Shown here: positions 1 to 14,326 of the stretch, one piece after another
Layout of the letters: the number at the start of each line of letters is the position of its first letter
How positions within the stretch are numbered: position 1 is the first letter of the stretch
DNA from: Octopus vulgaris
Taxonomy: Eukaryota
Direction of reading: 5' to 3'
Length of the DNA stretch: 64,000 nt
NCBI GenBank assembly: GCA_951406725.2
Contig: OX597817.1
Coordinates: 1,550,001-1,614,000 of the forward strand
Made by a program: the position numbers and the translations under genes
Notes under the pieces: generated by a model
The model's input: only the letters and a program-made list of their open reading frames with translations
Database searches by the model: none
What the model was told of the DNA's origin: nothing

Positions 1-117
1 AGAGGCCGATAAATAAGTGCTTTAAAAGAATAAGTCCGGTTGATTTGCTCGACAAAGGCGGTGCTCCAGAGAGCACTGAAACAAGTAAAAGAGCAAAGAG
101 ATTAAAGAGATATACGT

Positions 118-310
118 GGAGGCACAGTGGCCCAGTGGTTAGGGCAGCTGACTTGCCGTCAGAGGATCGCGGTTTCGATTCCGGGCGTTGTGAGTGTTTA
201 TATTATTCAGTGAAAACACTTAAAGCTCCACGAGACTCCGGCAGGGGTAGTGGAGAACCTTGCTGTACTCTTTCACCACAACTTTCTCTCACTCTTTCTT
301 CATGTTTCTA
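118..310 (+). mobile_element. tRNA-derived SINE family 4 head and body
   Basis: TGGCCCAGTGG A box and GGTTTCGATTCC B-box-like motif; no complete cloverleaf. Confidence 0.6.
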
Positions 311-2562
311 CGTTAATTTCTTCAGCACGTTGATTTCACCAGCAGGGTGTAACGGACGGAGTGTCATAGTAACATATATACGACGAGCTTTTTCAGTTTC
401 CGTCTACAACACCTTGGTAGACCGCCCGCTGCTGCCATGCATTGGGGCTGAACCGAGACATTGTGTTTGGAAAGCCAACTTTGTTAGGAGGCAAGTTTCT
501 TATCACACAGCCATCGTTCCATGTCTGACTTTAATCAAGCTTTGACCGTTGGTCAGATATGCTAATTGCGTATGTGATAGCATGTTCAAATGGTAGAAAC
601 AATTGTATGGTAGCCAATATATAGAGAAAAAATATTGTTAAATGTAACCGATATTCAGCATTTTCTTTTAATGCAGCGCTGTTTTTAAGTGACTGTGTTT
701 TTATTGTAATTCGGATACAAATCTGAAACTGAATGTTTCAAGCTTCTGCAATGCGCCAGCTTTTGAGTCAGTGTTTGTTGGTGGTCTTAATTTTGTAATT
801 TAAGAAAATGCTCCCTTCACATTTTACTTTATATATTTTATTGCAAAACTAATTTGCTATGCAACACAGAGAACAGAAGCAATTGTAACAGAAATGTATT
901 TTACTTTGCAATAGCAAGACAACATTTCTTGTGCTGTATTTTGAACAGATCATGAGGAAAATAAGGACGTTTCATTAAACTCTTAAAGTTAGGGAATAAT
1001 CTCATCTGTTTTAACAACACCACCTGATGCTTTAGAATCGGGTAGGGGTGTTCAATCAGAGTTAAAGAAGTTTCCATCATTAACCTTTTCTTTCAAGTGT
1101 TATGCATGGCTCGTGAGCGCGTAAGAGTGCGTAGGAGAGAACATTGTGTACGTGTCTGTTTTGGAATTCTTTCTGCTCCAACAACTGCGAATAAATCTTG
1201 AAGTGACACAGCTGATTGTGGTGATCGACACATTTATACTTTATAAGCAGTTTTGATACAACCATTTTCCGTGTAAAGAAGGAAATCATATCAGGATATT
1301 TCCAATTTTTCCTTTACTTTCCTTCAAAAATACCGTTGTTTTATGTGACACAGTGTTATGCGCTTTATAAAATTAATATTTCATACTTTCTACAAATTCC
1401 ATATCCATGGACAATTCTACTTTACAACTACGTATGTCAGCATTGAGTAGTTGAACAGAAGGGGGTTAATTAATTAATTATATCATCGAAAAAATACTTT
1501 TATTTTCTCTTAGAAGCAGGAAGCTTATTCTTGAATATGGAAAATATTGTAAGTTGGAAATAATTAATATCATAAGCAGCATCAAGTAATTAATATCATA
1601 AGCAGCATCAAGTAATTAATATCGGTTTCAAACTTTGGCACACGGCCAGCGATTTCGGGGGAGGGTTTAGGTCGATTAGATCGACTCCAGTGTGTTCAAC
1701 TGGCTGGTACTTATTTTATCGACCCTGAAAGGATGAAAGTCGAACCCAGCGGCATCTGTAAGCAAGTAATTGATATTAATTTTACAAACAATATGATATC
1801 GTGTGCTACATTCTTATAATGATAGTTTGATCGACAATAAAAAGAAACAAACTGAACTAAATAATTTTATTGCGCTTTGCTCTCTCCCATATAAGAAAAA
1901 TTTATGCGTGCATAAATATATATATGCATATATGTATGTATGTATGTGTGTGTGTGTATTATGCATGTATATACGTATGTATTCATGAACATACATATAA
2001 GTGTGTATGTATGTGTGTATATGTGTGACTATGCTCGCAACCAAGATTATTAGAGAGGTCTTCTTTCCCGACGTACATGCCTTCTTTAATGCAGAGGAAC
2101 TAAGATACTTGGATGGAGTATCTATGTGTGTACTCCTACAATGTAATCGATAAATCTATATCATGTACAAGCGTCCCAGTGTCACAAACAGAGGGTTTGT
2201 GACATGAGATTCCGTTCTTCGAGGTCCACCAGATCAGTTATTTTAAGTGCAGTTGGTTTTCCTGAGAACATTTGATAGCGTGAAGTAGTTAAAGGAACTG
2301 AGTTCGGACTTGATTCGCTGGCCTGGTTCGAGGGTATCCAACTAAACATCACTTTCTCACTTGACACAGATGCGCACATATACCGAGAAAACACAGAATA
2401 CATCCGTACTTACATGCGTACATATATACATACTTTACATACATACAACCATACATACATACGTGCTTGACATACATATCTACAAAGATACGTATGTGCA
2501 TATATACATACATATATATACGTGAATGCATACCTACATACATACATACATACATACATACA

Positions 2563-2593
<31 letters not shown>

Positions 2594-3418
2594 GTACATA
2601 CGTATGTGCATACATACATACGTACCCACGTACATACATTCATACATATAAAAAACAGTAATATTTTTCAGAGATTGATGAAGAGTGTAACAGTAACCAG
2701 TAAAACAACAACATCAACAACAAAAAAAGCCACCAAAAAAACAATCATAAACGAAATATAAACAAGTCAGAGCAAATGACTTGAATCTAATTTAATTATC
2801 CAAACAAACATAGTCACACTTACTTTAGTATTCCACCCACCCCCCATAACTCTACTCATCTAAGTTGCGTTCTGTTCTAAACACATTCTGTTTACCCTAG
2901 ATGTGATGATAGTGGTGGTGGTGGTGATGGTGGTGGTGGTGGTGGTGGTGGTGGTGGTGGTGGGGATGCCGATAGTAATGATGATGGTGGCGGTGCTGTG
3001 GTGCTATGGTGCGTGGGAGAAAGGAATAATTCTGTATTCTTAGGTGGCATGACATTATCACACATATCTCTTCAAAAAGTACCACCTCTCACTACTCCCC
3101 GAACAATACATACAGGCGCAAATCACACACACACACACACACACATTTTTCTATCATTTCTTAGTTATTATCCCTGTTCTTTCTAGGTATCTCCTTGTAT
3201 GGCTCTTTGCTTCTCATCTAAATTTGTTTATCTCAGCTATGTCAGTATATCTATCTGTCTATCTCCCTATGTGTCTGTTTGTCTGTCAGTCTGTCTTTCT
3301 GTGTGTCTCTGCGTGTCCGTATGTCTGTCTGTACATCATTGAAGAACACCAACATAAAAGTAGAATGGAAAATTACGGATACAAAACAAAATCAACGAGA
3401 TATATATATAATATATAA

Positions 3419-3457
<39 letters not shown>

Positions 3458-3458
3458 G

Positions 3459-3553
<95 letters not shown>

Positions 3554-3735
3554 ACACACACACGTGTACATATAGGTTTGGCGCGAAACTGCGATTGATC
3601 GTCTGGCCGGTATCTGATGTGGAACTGGCGACCATCTGCGTCTGTTTCATGTTTGCTTGTGATTTCATTATATGTTTTAACTCATATATATGTGTGTGTG
3701 TGTACGCACACATACACACACAAACACTCACACAT

Positions 3736-3789
<54 letters not shown>

Positions 3790-3804
3790 ACACACACAAA
3801 TATG

Positions 3805-4208
3805 GAAATATATAGAATTTCAGACTTCCTGCAAGTTAACTCAGTTCAGTATCGTAGATTTCTATCCTTCAATATTGAAAATCCTCCTGCAGAATACCTG
3901 AGTAAGTAATTCAACAAAATCAGAGGGCTCAGTATCAGAATCATCATGCACGCTAGAAAGTTAATCTCCTTTCACAATGGTTCGTACTGGGTAAGAATGG
4001 AAGGCGGCCCACTCCGCGTCGTAACCATGCAGCTAAGCTTCGGTTGAGGTCGCTGACCCCGTCGGGTTATTTATCCTGTGTGGACTAAGGAAGGGCAGCC
4101 CACTGCATAGATTGGTTCTTTATATGGATGATGGTCTGGTATTCTCAAACCATATGGACGGCCACACCACGGACAAGTACAGGAAGGATCGATAAAGATT
4201 TTCAAACA
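3805..4208 (+). mobile_element. Penelope-like element reverse transcriptase fragment (frameshifted)
   Basis: Translations CKLTQFSIVDFYPSI, IIMHARKLISFHNGSYWV, EVADPVGLFIL, LYMDDGL match PLE RT motif order. Confidence 0.8.
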
Positions 4209-4868
4209 ATTCTGCTACAGCCCAAGGCAGACCAATGCTTTGTAAGTGAATTTGGTAGGCGAAATGTATATGTATATATATAATATACATAAATGTATGC
4301 GCGTGTGTGTGGGTGTTTGTATATTCTTTCGTAACACTTATTATACCGGTTCTGCGAAAGAGATCGATAAAATGAACGCCAGACTTTAAAAAATTTGGAG
4401 TCGATGCGTTCGACTAAGTCATTGAAGGCGGTGCCCCAGGATGACCACAGTCGAATGTTTGAGACAAGTAAAAAAAAAAAGATTAAGATAAATATAGTTT
4501 GATATTGGCACAGAAGTAGTTGTGTGAATAAGAAAGTAATTTCGTACCAGGATGTTTCGCGTTCAATGTCCATTGTTAAAAACTTTCAGACAACAAATTA
4601 GCAAGCATTCTCGAAAATTAAGACATTCCGGTGCATTTTCGTTTCCAGGACCCCTAAAAATGAAAATATTTACTTATGCCGTATGTAGTAGTTTCCAGGT
4701 CAAAAGAGGTGTTTTCCTGAGAAATGAAGCTAAAGATGAAAGTAAAATATTGAGCCGTAGATTGCAGGTTAGATACACTAAAACATACCTTCTGACACAG
4801 TCATCATCGAAGTTGGATCCTCGAAATATTTCAGTTAGATTTTTAATTAATGTGAACAAGGCGTAAAG

Positions 4869-5029
4869 AGGCGCAAACGTGGCTGTGTGGTAAGTTGCTT
4901 GCTTCCCAACCACATGGTTCTGGGTTCAGTCCTACTGCGTGCCACCTAGGGCTAGTGTTCCCTACTAACGCCTCGGGCCGACCAAAGCCTTATGAGTGGA
5001 TTTGACAGACGGAAACTGAAGACCTCCAT

Positions 5030-5093
<64 letters not shown>

Positions 5094-5140
5094 TATATAT
5101 ATATGTACATACATACACACACACACATACACACACACAA

Positions 5141-5204
<64 letters not shown>

Positions 5205-5443
5205 GTATATATCTATGTGTGTGTGTGTCTTTGTGTCTTGTGTTTGTTCCTCCGTCACCGCTTGACAAGTGGTTTGGAGTGTTTACATCTCCCATAACTA
5301 GCGGTTCGGCAAAATTGATCGATGGAATAAATACTAGGTTTAAAACAAAAAAGTCTTGAGGTCGATTTGACTAAAACACAATAATACACAAAGGCGGTGA
5401 TCCAGCATGGCCGCAGTGAAATGACTGAAACAAGTAAAAGAAA
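4869..5443 (+). mobile_element. tRNA-derived SINE family 1 (CORE-like segment, internal TA/CA microsatellite)
   Basis: A box TGGCTGTGTGG, B box GGTTCAGTCC; tail cagcatggccgcagt...actgaaacaagtaaaag. Confidence 0.85.
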
Positions 5444-7583
5444 GGTATTATCTACTCGGGTGTATCGGGTATCAATAGAAGAGAGAACTATTAACAGCAA
5501 ATACACGGTACAAAATAACTTTTCTGAAAAAATTTCGTCTTTAATGCATTTGACTTCTTTGTGAGGATATAAAGTTCGTGTTCCGGGGAGATGGATTCCT
5601 TTAGAGGTCTATGAAAAGAGTTTTGCAAGTCATCGAGGCCCATGTATAATGGGATATATCGAACGGTAAGTCTTGAAATAATTATCTCCAAAAAATGTTT
5701 AAATGCTTTCATTTCGGCCGGGAAAACACTTCTGAAAAGAAATGAATATTTTCACATTGAACGAAGCAGCACCATTTCCTATTCAGAGGTAAATTTTAGG
5801 AATACGGAACGAAAATCTGATTATTATTTGAGTTTTCAGAAGGGAAGGAAACAAAACTGTCTTTCTCTTATCCCCACCCTCACTATCTCTCCCTCCCTCT
5901 TCGTGTTATACACATGCACACACACAGACACATACAGAGGCACACACACATAAATTTCTGTGTGCATGTGTGTGTATGTGCGCGTGTATGTTGATGTAAT
6001 TTATTTTATGAATATGCTGAAAATTACTATTTGTGCTCATATGAAAGCCAGGAATATTTTTCCGTAATGAATTTGTGTTGCAAGATTCCGAAACAGATAT
6101 TGTCGTATTTCGGGATGGTTCATATTTTTTTTTAATAATTTTTCTGTCAAATAAACACACGCAGTATATATTCATTCTGCGCTCGTTATTACTGTTTTTA
6201 TTTTGAAATAAGAACAGTAATAAACGGGTGAAGAACGAATATATAGTAAGGTTGCTTATTTGGCAAAAAAAAAAAAAAAAAAAAGAAAAGGGTAAAATGA
6301 GCATCCAGAAATACAACAATAATTTTTTTTTTTTTCCATTTTCAGGAAAAATATTGCTGTTTATCCCATAGGCTCTTGCAGAATGATGCGATGAATAAGG
6401 CGGGTGCGTTGTTTGAATTACTGAACGAGATAACTACCAAATAAAAATATGAGCGTGGGTTGAATTTGAGCGTTGCAACTCTGGGACGCGTGGTTGGACA
6501 AGGTGTTAAGAACGATATTGGGTAGATTGGTGGAAAGATGTCATGAAACAAGGTGTTTGAAGGGGAAAAAACTGTGCATCTGTGAATTGTTTTGTTTTTA
6601 ACTGTTGGTGAATGAATCTATACTAATCAGTCGAATAAGACATTTCCCATTTATTTTCGCATGTTTGTAGGGATTGTTTCAGACTCATCTGATACATGTA
6701 AATACTGCTGTGCGTAGTATTTAAGTTTTGTAGAGGCTCAACAACTGATCTGATTAGACAAGTCTGTTCTTTATGAGGCATTTTGTATAATGTTTAAACA
6801 CCACAAGAGATCTTCAGCAATTGTGACTCTTAGTAATTTGACGGCTCTGTGTGTTATTCATTGAGTGCTGTTCGTTGCGTGTAGTTCATTGTGTATTTGT
6901 TAACGTTTGTGCTAAAATGTGTAGTTTATAAATAAAGCGGTTTTATATACGACTGTTTCCTTGATATATGTAGCAAATATATCCTTAAAGCTGGAATGTT
7001 CTGCCTTCATTGAAGGATTTTTTATGGCAGTAGTTCGTGGAAATTATGGGTGTGTAGCCAGCATGAAGATGTGATGTGTGTAGGGCTGTGTATGGTGCAT
7101 TATTGTATATTAGGTGTTTTATTGGGAAATTATTCTCAGTCTGATCGGTGTCTTTTTAGGCTGTGTACAAAGCAGTAAGCTCTAGTATGTATTGATAATA
7201 TACATTTTTGTATATCATACTCCACAAACTTGTTATTTCTTATTATATTCCTCTAAGTCCTAATACATTAGATTACGTACATTTCTCTTTGTTTCAAATT
7301 TATTGTCAACTTGAACACACGTGCTCAGGATATTGTAGCTCTACAATTATTAAAATCATATTTTGCTCCACGCTTATGCTTAGTAACCCCCGTTTTGCTT
7401 GAAAGTGTCGGCGTAATGCCCAACGGAACGCACAACTCAATCGCTCATCTCTGTGAATATATTTCATTTAATGAGATCACTGGCATTGAGGTGATCTCTT
7501 GGTTTATAATATTAACTGGGTTCACGGCTTTTTACTACTTAATTTATTTCGTTATCTCTTGTAGTTTAGATATGGATATTGGT

Positions 7584-7760
7584 TTCAAAATTTAGCACAA
7601 GGATAACCAAATTCGAGTGGGGGGGGGGGAATTCGATTAAATCTACCCTAATGCTCAACTGGTATTTATTTTATCGACCACGAAAGGATGAAAGGCAGAG
7701 TCGACCTCGGCGGAATTTGAACTCAAAACGAGCTAACGATTCTGCTAGTTCGCTGCTTTA
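7584..7760 (-). mobile_element. SINE family 2 copy
   Basis: 22-bp TSD tagtttagatat(g/t)gatattggt at 7562 and 7761. Confidence 0.85.
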
Positions 7761-9085
7761 TAGTTTAGATATTGATATTGGTAATTAAATCAGACCTTCC
7801 TTATGGAATCACTTCCCCATCCATTGCTACTCGGTATTGAATATTGAATATTGACATTTTTTTTAAACTCTCATTCTACTGCCGTGGATTTGGGACTCCA
7901 TATTCCTTATTCTATTTTATTTTTATTTAAAAAATATTTTACATATCTTTTTCCTCTGAGCATTAATCTTCTAATATATAAGTAATGTTGTGGATGAGTG
8001 GTTTGTCAGAACGCTATGTCCCTAACTCAGGATCAATTTTTCCTTTCATCAATCCGATCACGATAAAATACACACCGGTAATGCACTTGGGAAAAAGGTC
8101 ATTTTAATCGACTATATCCCACCTAAATATTTGCAAACTAGTGTTTATGTTAGAAATTCTATTGGTGTTTTTCCTTTTCTTTTCTACATCTTATCACACC
8201 CAGTAATTTCGACGATTAAAATCTTTTACATTTATCTAGTAACTGCCATATCCAATTTCTTAGAGACGTGATCAACTTGGAATATTATGCACGAAGCTCT
8301 AGCCGGTTCTGTGAGGTACCAGGATTTACTTTTACCATTTAAATATTTGAAAAAGATTTCTTTTCCGATTCAATCGCATAGAATTTGAATTCAGGAGCGT
8401 TGCTTAGAAATTAGTTGATAAGCTAACAAAATATAAGAATATAGACATAAAAAGTATATTGGAGGTAAGGAGAGTTTAACGTTTGTAATAAAAGAAGCTT
8501 TCGAAGTAAGAAAAGTACATAAAGACTGATATACAAACACGATTTCAGGTTTCGAACATTACTTTCGTGCATTAACACATTGCAAAAATAACATTACTGA
8601 ACAGTAATAATTCAACTGATAAACAGAAACATACATAACACACTTAAAACAAAAATCAGTTAATCCAGAAGAATCCAACGAAGGAAATATAACTGCGTGA
8701 AAGCCCCCGACCTTCCAACTGACAAAATCGGAATTGATCAAACAATGAGGAAGATATAAGCAAGTTAATCATTAAAAATCATCGAAGCTGTAAAGAGAAA
8801 CAGACAGATTTATCATAATAAGAAATGACAAATTATATTTGAAGATTTTTTATATTCTTTCGCTATCCATATCGGGGCGCAGCTTTGGGATAGCTTTGTG
8901 ATCTGTGGACGTGACTTGCATGTCGTATACAGACCAATCTGACCACATATTGTTTCCTTTTATCTCTGAACAAACCGCCTGAACATGTTACTAAGTTTAC
9001 GATGAGTCAAGAAAATTAAGTGTCACTATTAATTTTCCCTGATTTCGACTTTTCTCTTAGTAGCCCCAAATAGTACAACACCAGA

Positions 9086-9245
9086 CTTTTAGGAAGCGTG
9101 TGGTACATCAGCTTTTAGGAAGCGTGTGGTACATCAGCTTTTAGGAAGCGTGTGGTACATCAGCTTTTAGGAAGCGTGTGGTACATCAGCTTTTAGGAAG
9201 CGTGTGGTACATCAGCTTTTAGGAAGCGTGTGGTACATCAGCTTT
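9086..9245. repeat. Minisatellite: 6 exact copies of 26 bp (cttttaggaagcgtgtggtacatcag)
   Basis: Direct count; no spacers. Confidence 0.97.
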
Positions 9246-10121
9246 GGCCGTCCATTTGCAACGACTTCAGGTCTAAAGACCAAGCACATGTTTCCATAGG
9301 CTTTATCCCCGTCGAGGGAAACAATATCGTTCCATCCTTCAGTCGGGGCTTCTTCCAACTGTTGTTTTATGGGCATACTTACCCCCATTTAAGGCAAGAT
9401 TTTGGTGTACGATTCTAATTCTTGCTCTTTCATTGCTGTATTCCTCAAACAAGAGGAGAGTATTGTCCCTCGGAACATAAAGCTCACATATTTTGATGTT
9501 CTTGTTGCTTTTCTTATGTCGGTATTTGTCCAGAGTTTCTTTCTGGTTAGCTACTTTAGTAAAGCTGTTATCAAATGCTGGTTGCCACAACTTCTGTAGT
9601 GCAAAGTGCAAAATTCTGTTTTGAAAATGTCTATCTATGTAACTGTCATTTTCTTTTTCTCTTTGTTATTACATAAGATATATATATATGCGTATATATG
9701 CATACCTAAATATGCAGGTGCAGATGCATACACATACATCTACCACATATGCATGAAACATCCTTTTTTTTTATCATCATTTATATATATATATATATAT
9801 AATAATAAACTTACTTGGAGAATAAGAAAACAACGCGAGGCGTTCAGTCATACAATAACAATTTAATAAATAAAACATGCTTTTTTTTTTTACCCCTCTG
9901 CAAAAGAATTTTATTTAATTCATTTTGCAGAAAGGACTGCTTCGGCCGGATCATATTCTGCCCTTACCTTCGAAACACGCAGGGGCAGCTGATGAAGGGG
10001 AATATTCCTTGTATTTTTGTCTTGTACTCTGTTTTTTCGTTGTCAAAAAATGTCCGTTTTCTTGTTTGATTTTATGTTTTCGTTTCTCGTTGTGTTCTAC
10101 GTTTATTTGTGGTGTCCTGTA

Positions 10122-10188
<67 letters not shown>

Positions 10189-10246
10189 ATATACATATAG
10201 ATGTAGGTATGCACATATATGTATGTATGCATATGTTTTATTTATT

Positions 10247-10292
<46 letters not shown>

Positions 10293-10837
10293 TGATAAGA
10301 CTTACTTGGAAGAGGATGTGTGGCGTTCAATCATATAATAGTATAAATAATATATACATATAGTGAAGGCGCATGGCTCAGTGGTTAGAGCGTCGAGCTT
10401 ACGATTGTGAGGTTGTGTTTTGGTATGTTTATTGTGCAACCTATATACTCTGTATTGTATTATCTTCATACAGTGTATGTATACGTTGCTATTATCGTGT
10501 GCGTGCGTATTCGTACGTTGTAGTGAGATAACTGGTGCAAACTTAGTTGCCAAAATGTTAGTTACTTCGACATGAATTTAAGTGTCAGATTCCTGATGTA
10601 ATTTTCTTTATAATGTTTTATAATTATAAATATATCATCACCTATATATCAACAAATATTTCACTGAGTATTTAGCCGGTTATTCCTCGCTTTCATTCCA
10701 TTAGAGTGCGGGAAATTACCAAGTTCAGAAATGACGTAAATATAGTTATTTTGACTTTGGGCAGTATCTGGCCTGTTGAGCTTTAAAACAGGAAGCTGTT
10801 AACATTTTTTAAGTTCTAGCAATATCCTTTTGACCCA

Positions 10838-11040
10838 TGTATGTATGTATGTATGTATGTATGTATGTATGTGTATGTATGTATGTATGTATGTATGTAT
10901 GTATGTATGTATGTATGTATGTATGTGTGTGTGTGTATGTATGTATGTATGTATGTATGTATGGATGGATGGATGGATGTATGGATGGATGTATGTATGC
11001 ATGCATGTATGTATGTATGGATGGATGGATGGATGGATGC
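10838..11040. repeat. (TATG)n/(GATG)n microsatellite
   Basis: Direct reading. Confidence 0.95.
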
Positions 11041-11506
11041 CTGCATACATGGAGTGGAGGCAAATCTTTCGAAGAGAAGTTCGTACGTTGTTGGATATTG
11101 GTCGAATTTATTAATAATTAATTAATTCGACCCCCTTTTTTCATAACAATATAATGCCTTATCTCCAAGAATTTAAACTGCAGTTTTTACCTCTGTAGAA
11201 ACGGAATGCTCTATGACTCACGTGGGCGGACAGGGAGAATAATAGATCTCATTCGTATTTTTGGATTCGCTAGTACTGGGTGTGTTTTTCCCTTATTCAT
11301 ATGTGAGTTATTTTTCTGAGTATGCATTGTCTGGAGACTTTTATTTGCAGTTGAAGAAATAGCCAAATTTTTGGCTGCTATTTCTGAAAAGTTCGGTGTG
11401 TGGTAAAGTATACTTTACCATATTTTTATAAATTAATACTAAATATATAAATGGTCTTTATACCGAATATAATTTATTAATAATTAATTAATTCACCCCC
11501 TTTTTC

Positions 11507-11545
<39 letters not shown>

Positions 11546-11548
<3 letters not shown>

Positions 11549-11766
11549 TCTTTTACTCTTTTCTTGTTTCAGTCATTGACTGCGGCCATGCTGGAGCACC
11601 GCCTTTAGTCGAGCAAATCGACTTATTCTTTGTAAGTACTTATTGTAGTAAGACTTATCCATAGTACTTATTCTATCGGTCTCTTTTGCCGAACCGCTAA
11701 GTTTCGGGGACGTAAACACACCAGCATCGGTTGTCAAGTGATGTTGGAGGGACAAACACAGACACA

Positions 11767-11820
<54 letters not shown>

Positions 11821-11992
11821 CATATATACGACGGGATTCTTTCAGTTTCCGTCTACCAAATCCACTCACAAGGCTTTGATCGGCCCGAGGCTATAATATA
11901 AGACACTTGCCCAAGGTGCCACGCAGTGGGACTGAACCCGGAACCTTGTGTTTATTAAGCAATCTACTTACCACACAGCCACTCCTACGCCT
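11546..11992 (-). mobile_element. SINE family 1 copy
   Basis: Same head, body, internal microsatellite and tail. Confidence 0.9.
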
Positions 11993-12557
11993 TTTATATA
12001 TATAAACATGAGAAGGTGTATAGATTAATTCTTAGAGTGTTGGGGCTTCATGATCATTACTTCCAGGGTTCAATTTTCGGACAGGGCAACATTTGTACTC
12101 TTGGGCAAGGCATTTCCTTTCAAGTTATTCTAATCTATTTGGAGTAGCAGGGATTAATCCTGCGACCGACTGACATCCTGTTCAATGGGACTCTGTATTT
12201 TCAGTTACCTAAATGCCTTAGAAACCCGGATAATCTCCGGCTTTATGTACCCGTAGACTTCGAGGGGAGACTTAGGATTTCATGAAGTTGGGAGAGCCCA
12301 GTTACTGTTGTTAATAGTGAGGTTTTTAGATGAAAGCGCTCTTTGGTTAATTTACAAATTCAGGCTCATAGTTCTTAGAGGGAGAGGGGTAGAGGGGAGA
12401 CAGGGGTTTGGATGACATCAACCAAGCATACGGGCAGAGTTGAGACGCATTCGTTCATAGATGAACGTACCTCAAAAGAGGCGTAACATACAGAGAGCTA
12501 GCGTGTGGATCCCACGAGGATGGGGAGACAAACATACAGACAGGTAAATAGACAGAC

Positions 12558-12620
<63 letters not shown>

Positions 12621-12863
12621 CTGACAGGACAGACTAAGAGACTAAGAGACTAAGTACATAATATTACACAGGTCGACATTTTGAAGTAAAGTGAAATGGA
12701 GACTTGCAATCTCGCTCCACCGTCTCCTGCCCCTTATTAGGGTCCGTATGACGCCAGTAGCCATTTTGACTGCACTGAGAGTGTTGTGGGAGGTGGGAGG
12801 TGCTTGTCGGTGCGTGGAGGGGGGAAAGTATTTCGTTATCGGTCTACTTATGTCTTCATCACT

Positions 12864-12910
<47 letters not shown>

Positions 12911-13126
12911 TCTCTCTGCCCAACTCTTTCCTAATGTCTCTCTTCCACTCGCTCTCGTTAATATATTAGATGAGAAAGAAGCTCAGAAATGCATTAACCT
13001 TTGCAGACCCTCCCATACTGGTGACATTAAAGCGGTTGCTGTTCAGGTTAAAATGTATTTCACACTCTTTCTGACGCTCTCATTTCATTTCTTTCTCAGC
13101 AACACACGCACACACACACACGTACA

Positions 13127-13163
<37 letters not shown>

Positions 13164-13855
13164 TCTCTCTCATACACTCTATCTCTCCCTCTCTGTCTGT
13201 CTGTCTATCTGTCTGTCTGTCTGTCTGTCTGTTTCTCCCCCCTCTCTCTCTATATATATATATGTATATAAAGAAAAGACAGAGAAAGAGAAAAAACGAA
13301 AGAGTAAAAAGATATTCTTTTACCTCCTCTTCTCCCACTATTCTATTCTATTACTCTGTCAATCCCTCTCCCTCACTCCTCCTCCCTTGCTCACGTGGCT
13401 CCCACGTGACCTTCGGCTGTCTCTCTTTATTCTAAATTGTGTTTCTTGCTTTCTCTCCGCTGTAGCTAGAACAAGGAAGAGGTGTTCTTGTCTGTCTCCT
13501 GTCCAAGCTTAATTTACGCGCTCGTCACTACAACCTTGTTTAGGCTTAGCAACCCTTTCTGCTTGTTTTCACTGTCCTGTTTGTGTTACCAATTCTGACC
13601 TTCCGCAAAATCCCAAGTTTTATCTAATTTGCTTTGCGGGAGCAACTGTTTTATCGAAAGCATATATTGTTGTTAAATGCTCGAAATACGGGAGTAGAAA
13701 ACAGCCAAAAACTGACGCAACTGGTCGTTTTTTTTGTGTTGTTTGTCTTGTTTTCCATTTGTTTCTTTCGTTGTTCGAAAAAATAGTTCGTATTCCATGT
13801 ACTCGTACTTCGTATTTTTTTGTTGTACACGTTTCGTGACGTTCTGTGTCCATAT

Positions 13856-13890
<35 letters not shown>

Positions 13891-13928
13891 CGCATAGATG
13901 TAAGTATATACATATATGTATGTATATA

Positions 13929-13977
<49 letters not shown>

Positions 13978-14271
13978 GTATAGATGTAAGTATATACATA
14001 TATGTATGTATATATGCATATATATATATATACGTATAGATGTAAGTATGTACATATACTTATGTATATATGCATATATATATACATATATGAATAGATA
14101 CATAGACAATGTATACATGCAAACATATGTATGCATGCACATATATAATACATTGGTCCCTCTCCCTCACATTCTCCCCCTTTTTAATGTGCGTGCGTGT
14201 GGAGAGGGGTGGAGGGGGCTGCTGCAAATATTTTAGATATAGAGAAAGTTAACACCACTAATTTTAAAATA

Positions 14272-14326
<55 letters not shown>

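Noticed and set aside
118-190. tRNA gene
   Set aside because: A/B boxes are present but there is no full cloverleaf; it continues into SINE body. The same applies to 10363-10417.
300-330. CTGAAGA...GAAA hammerhead candidate on minus strand
   Set aside because: No pairing for stems I, II or III.
545-1460. Possible degraded Penelope ORF (also 6380-7260)
   Set aside because: Composition is suggestive, but no motif could be read with confidence.
9086-9245. CRISPR-like array
   Set aside because: Repeats are contiguous with no spacers, there are no cas genes, and the context is eukaryotic.
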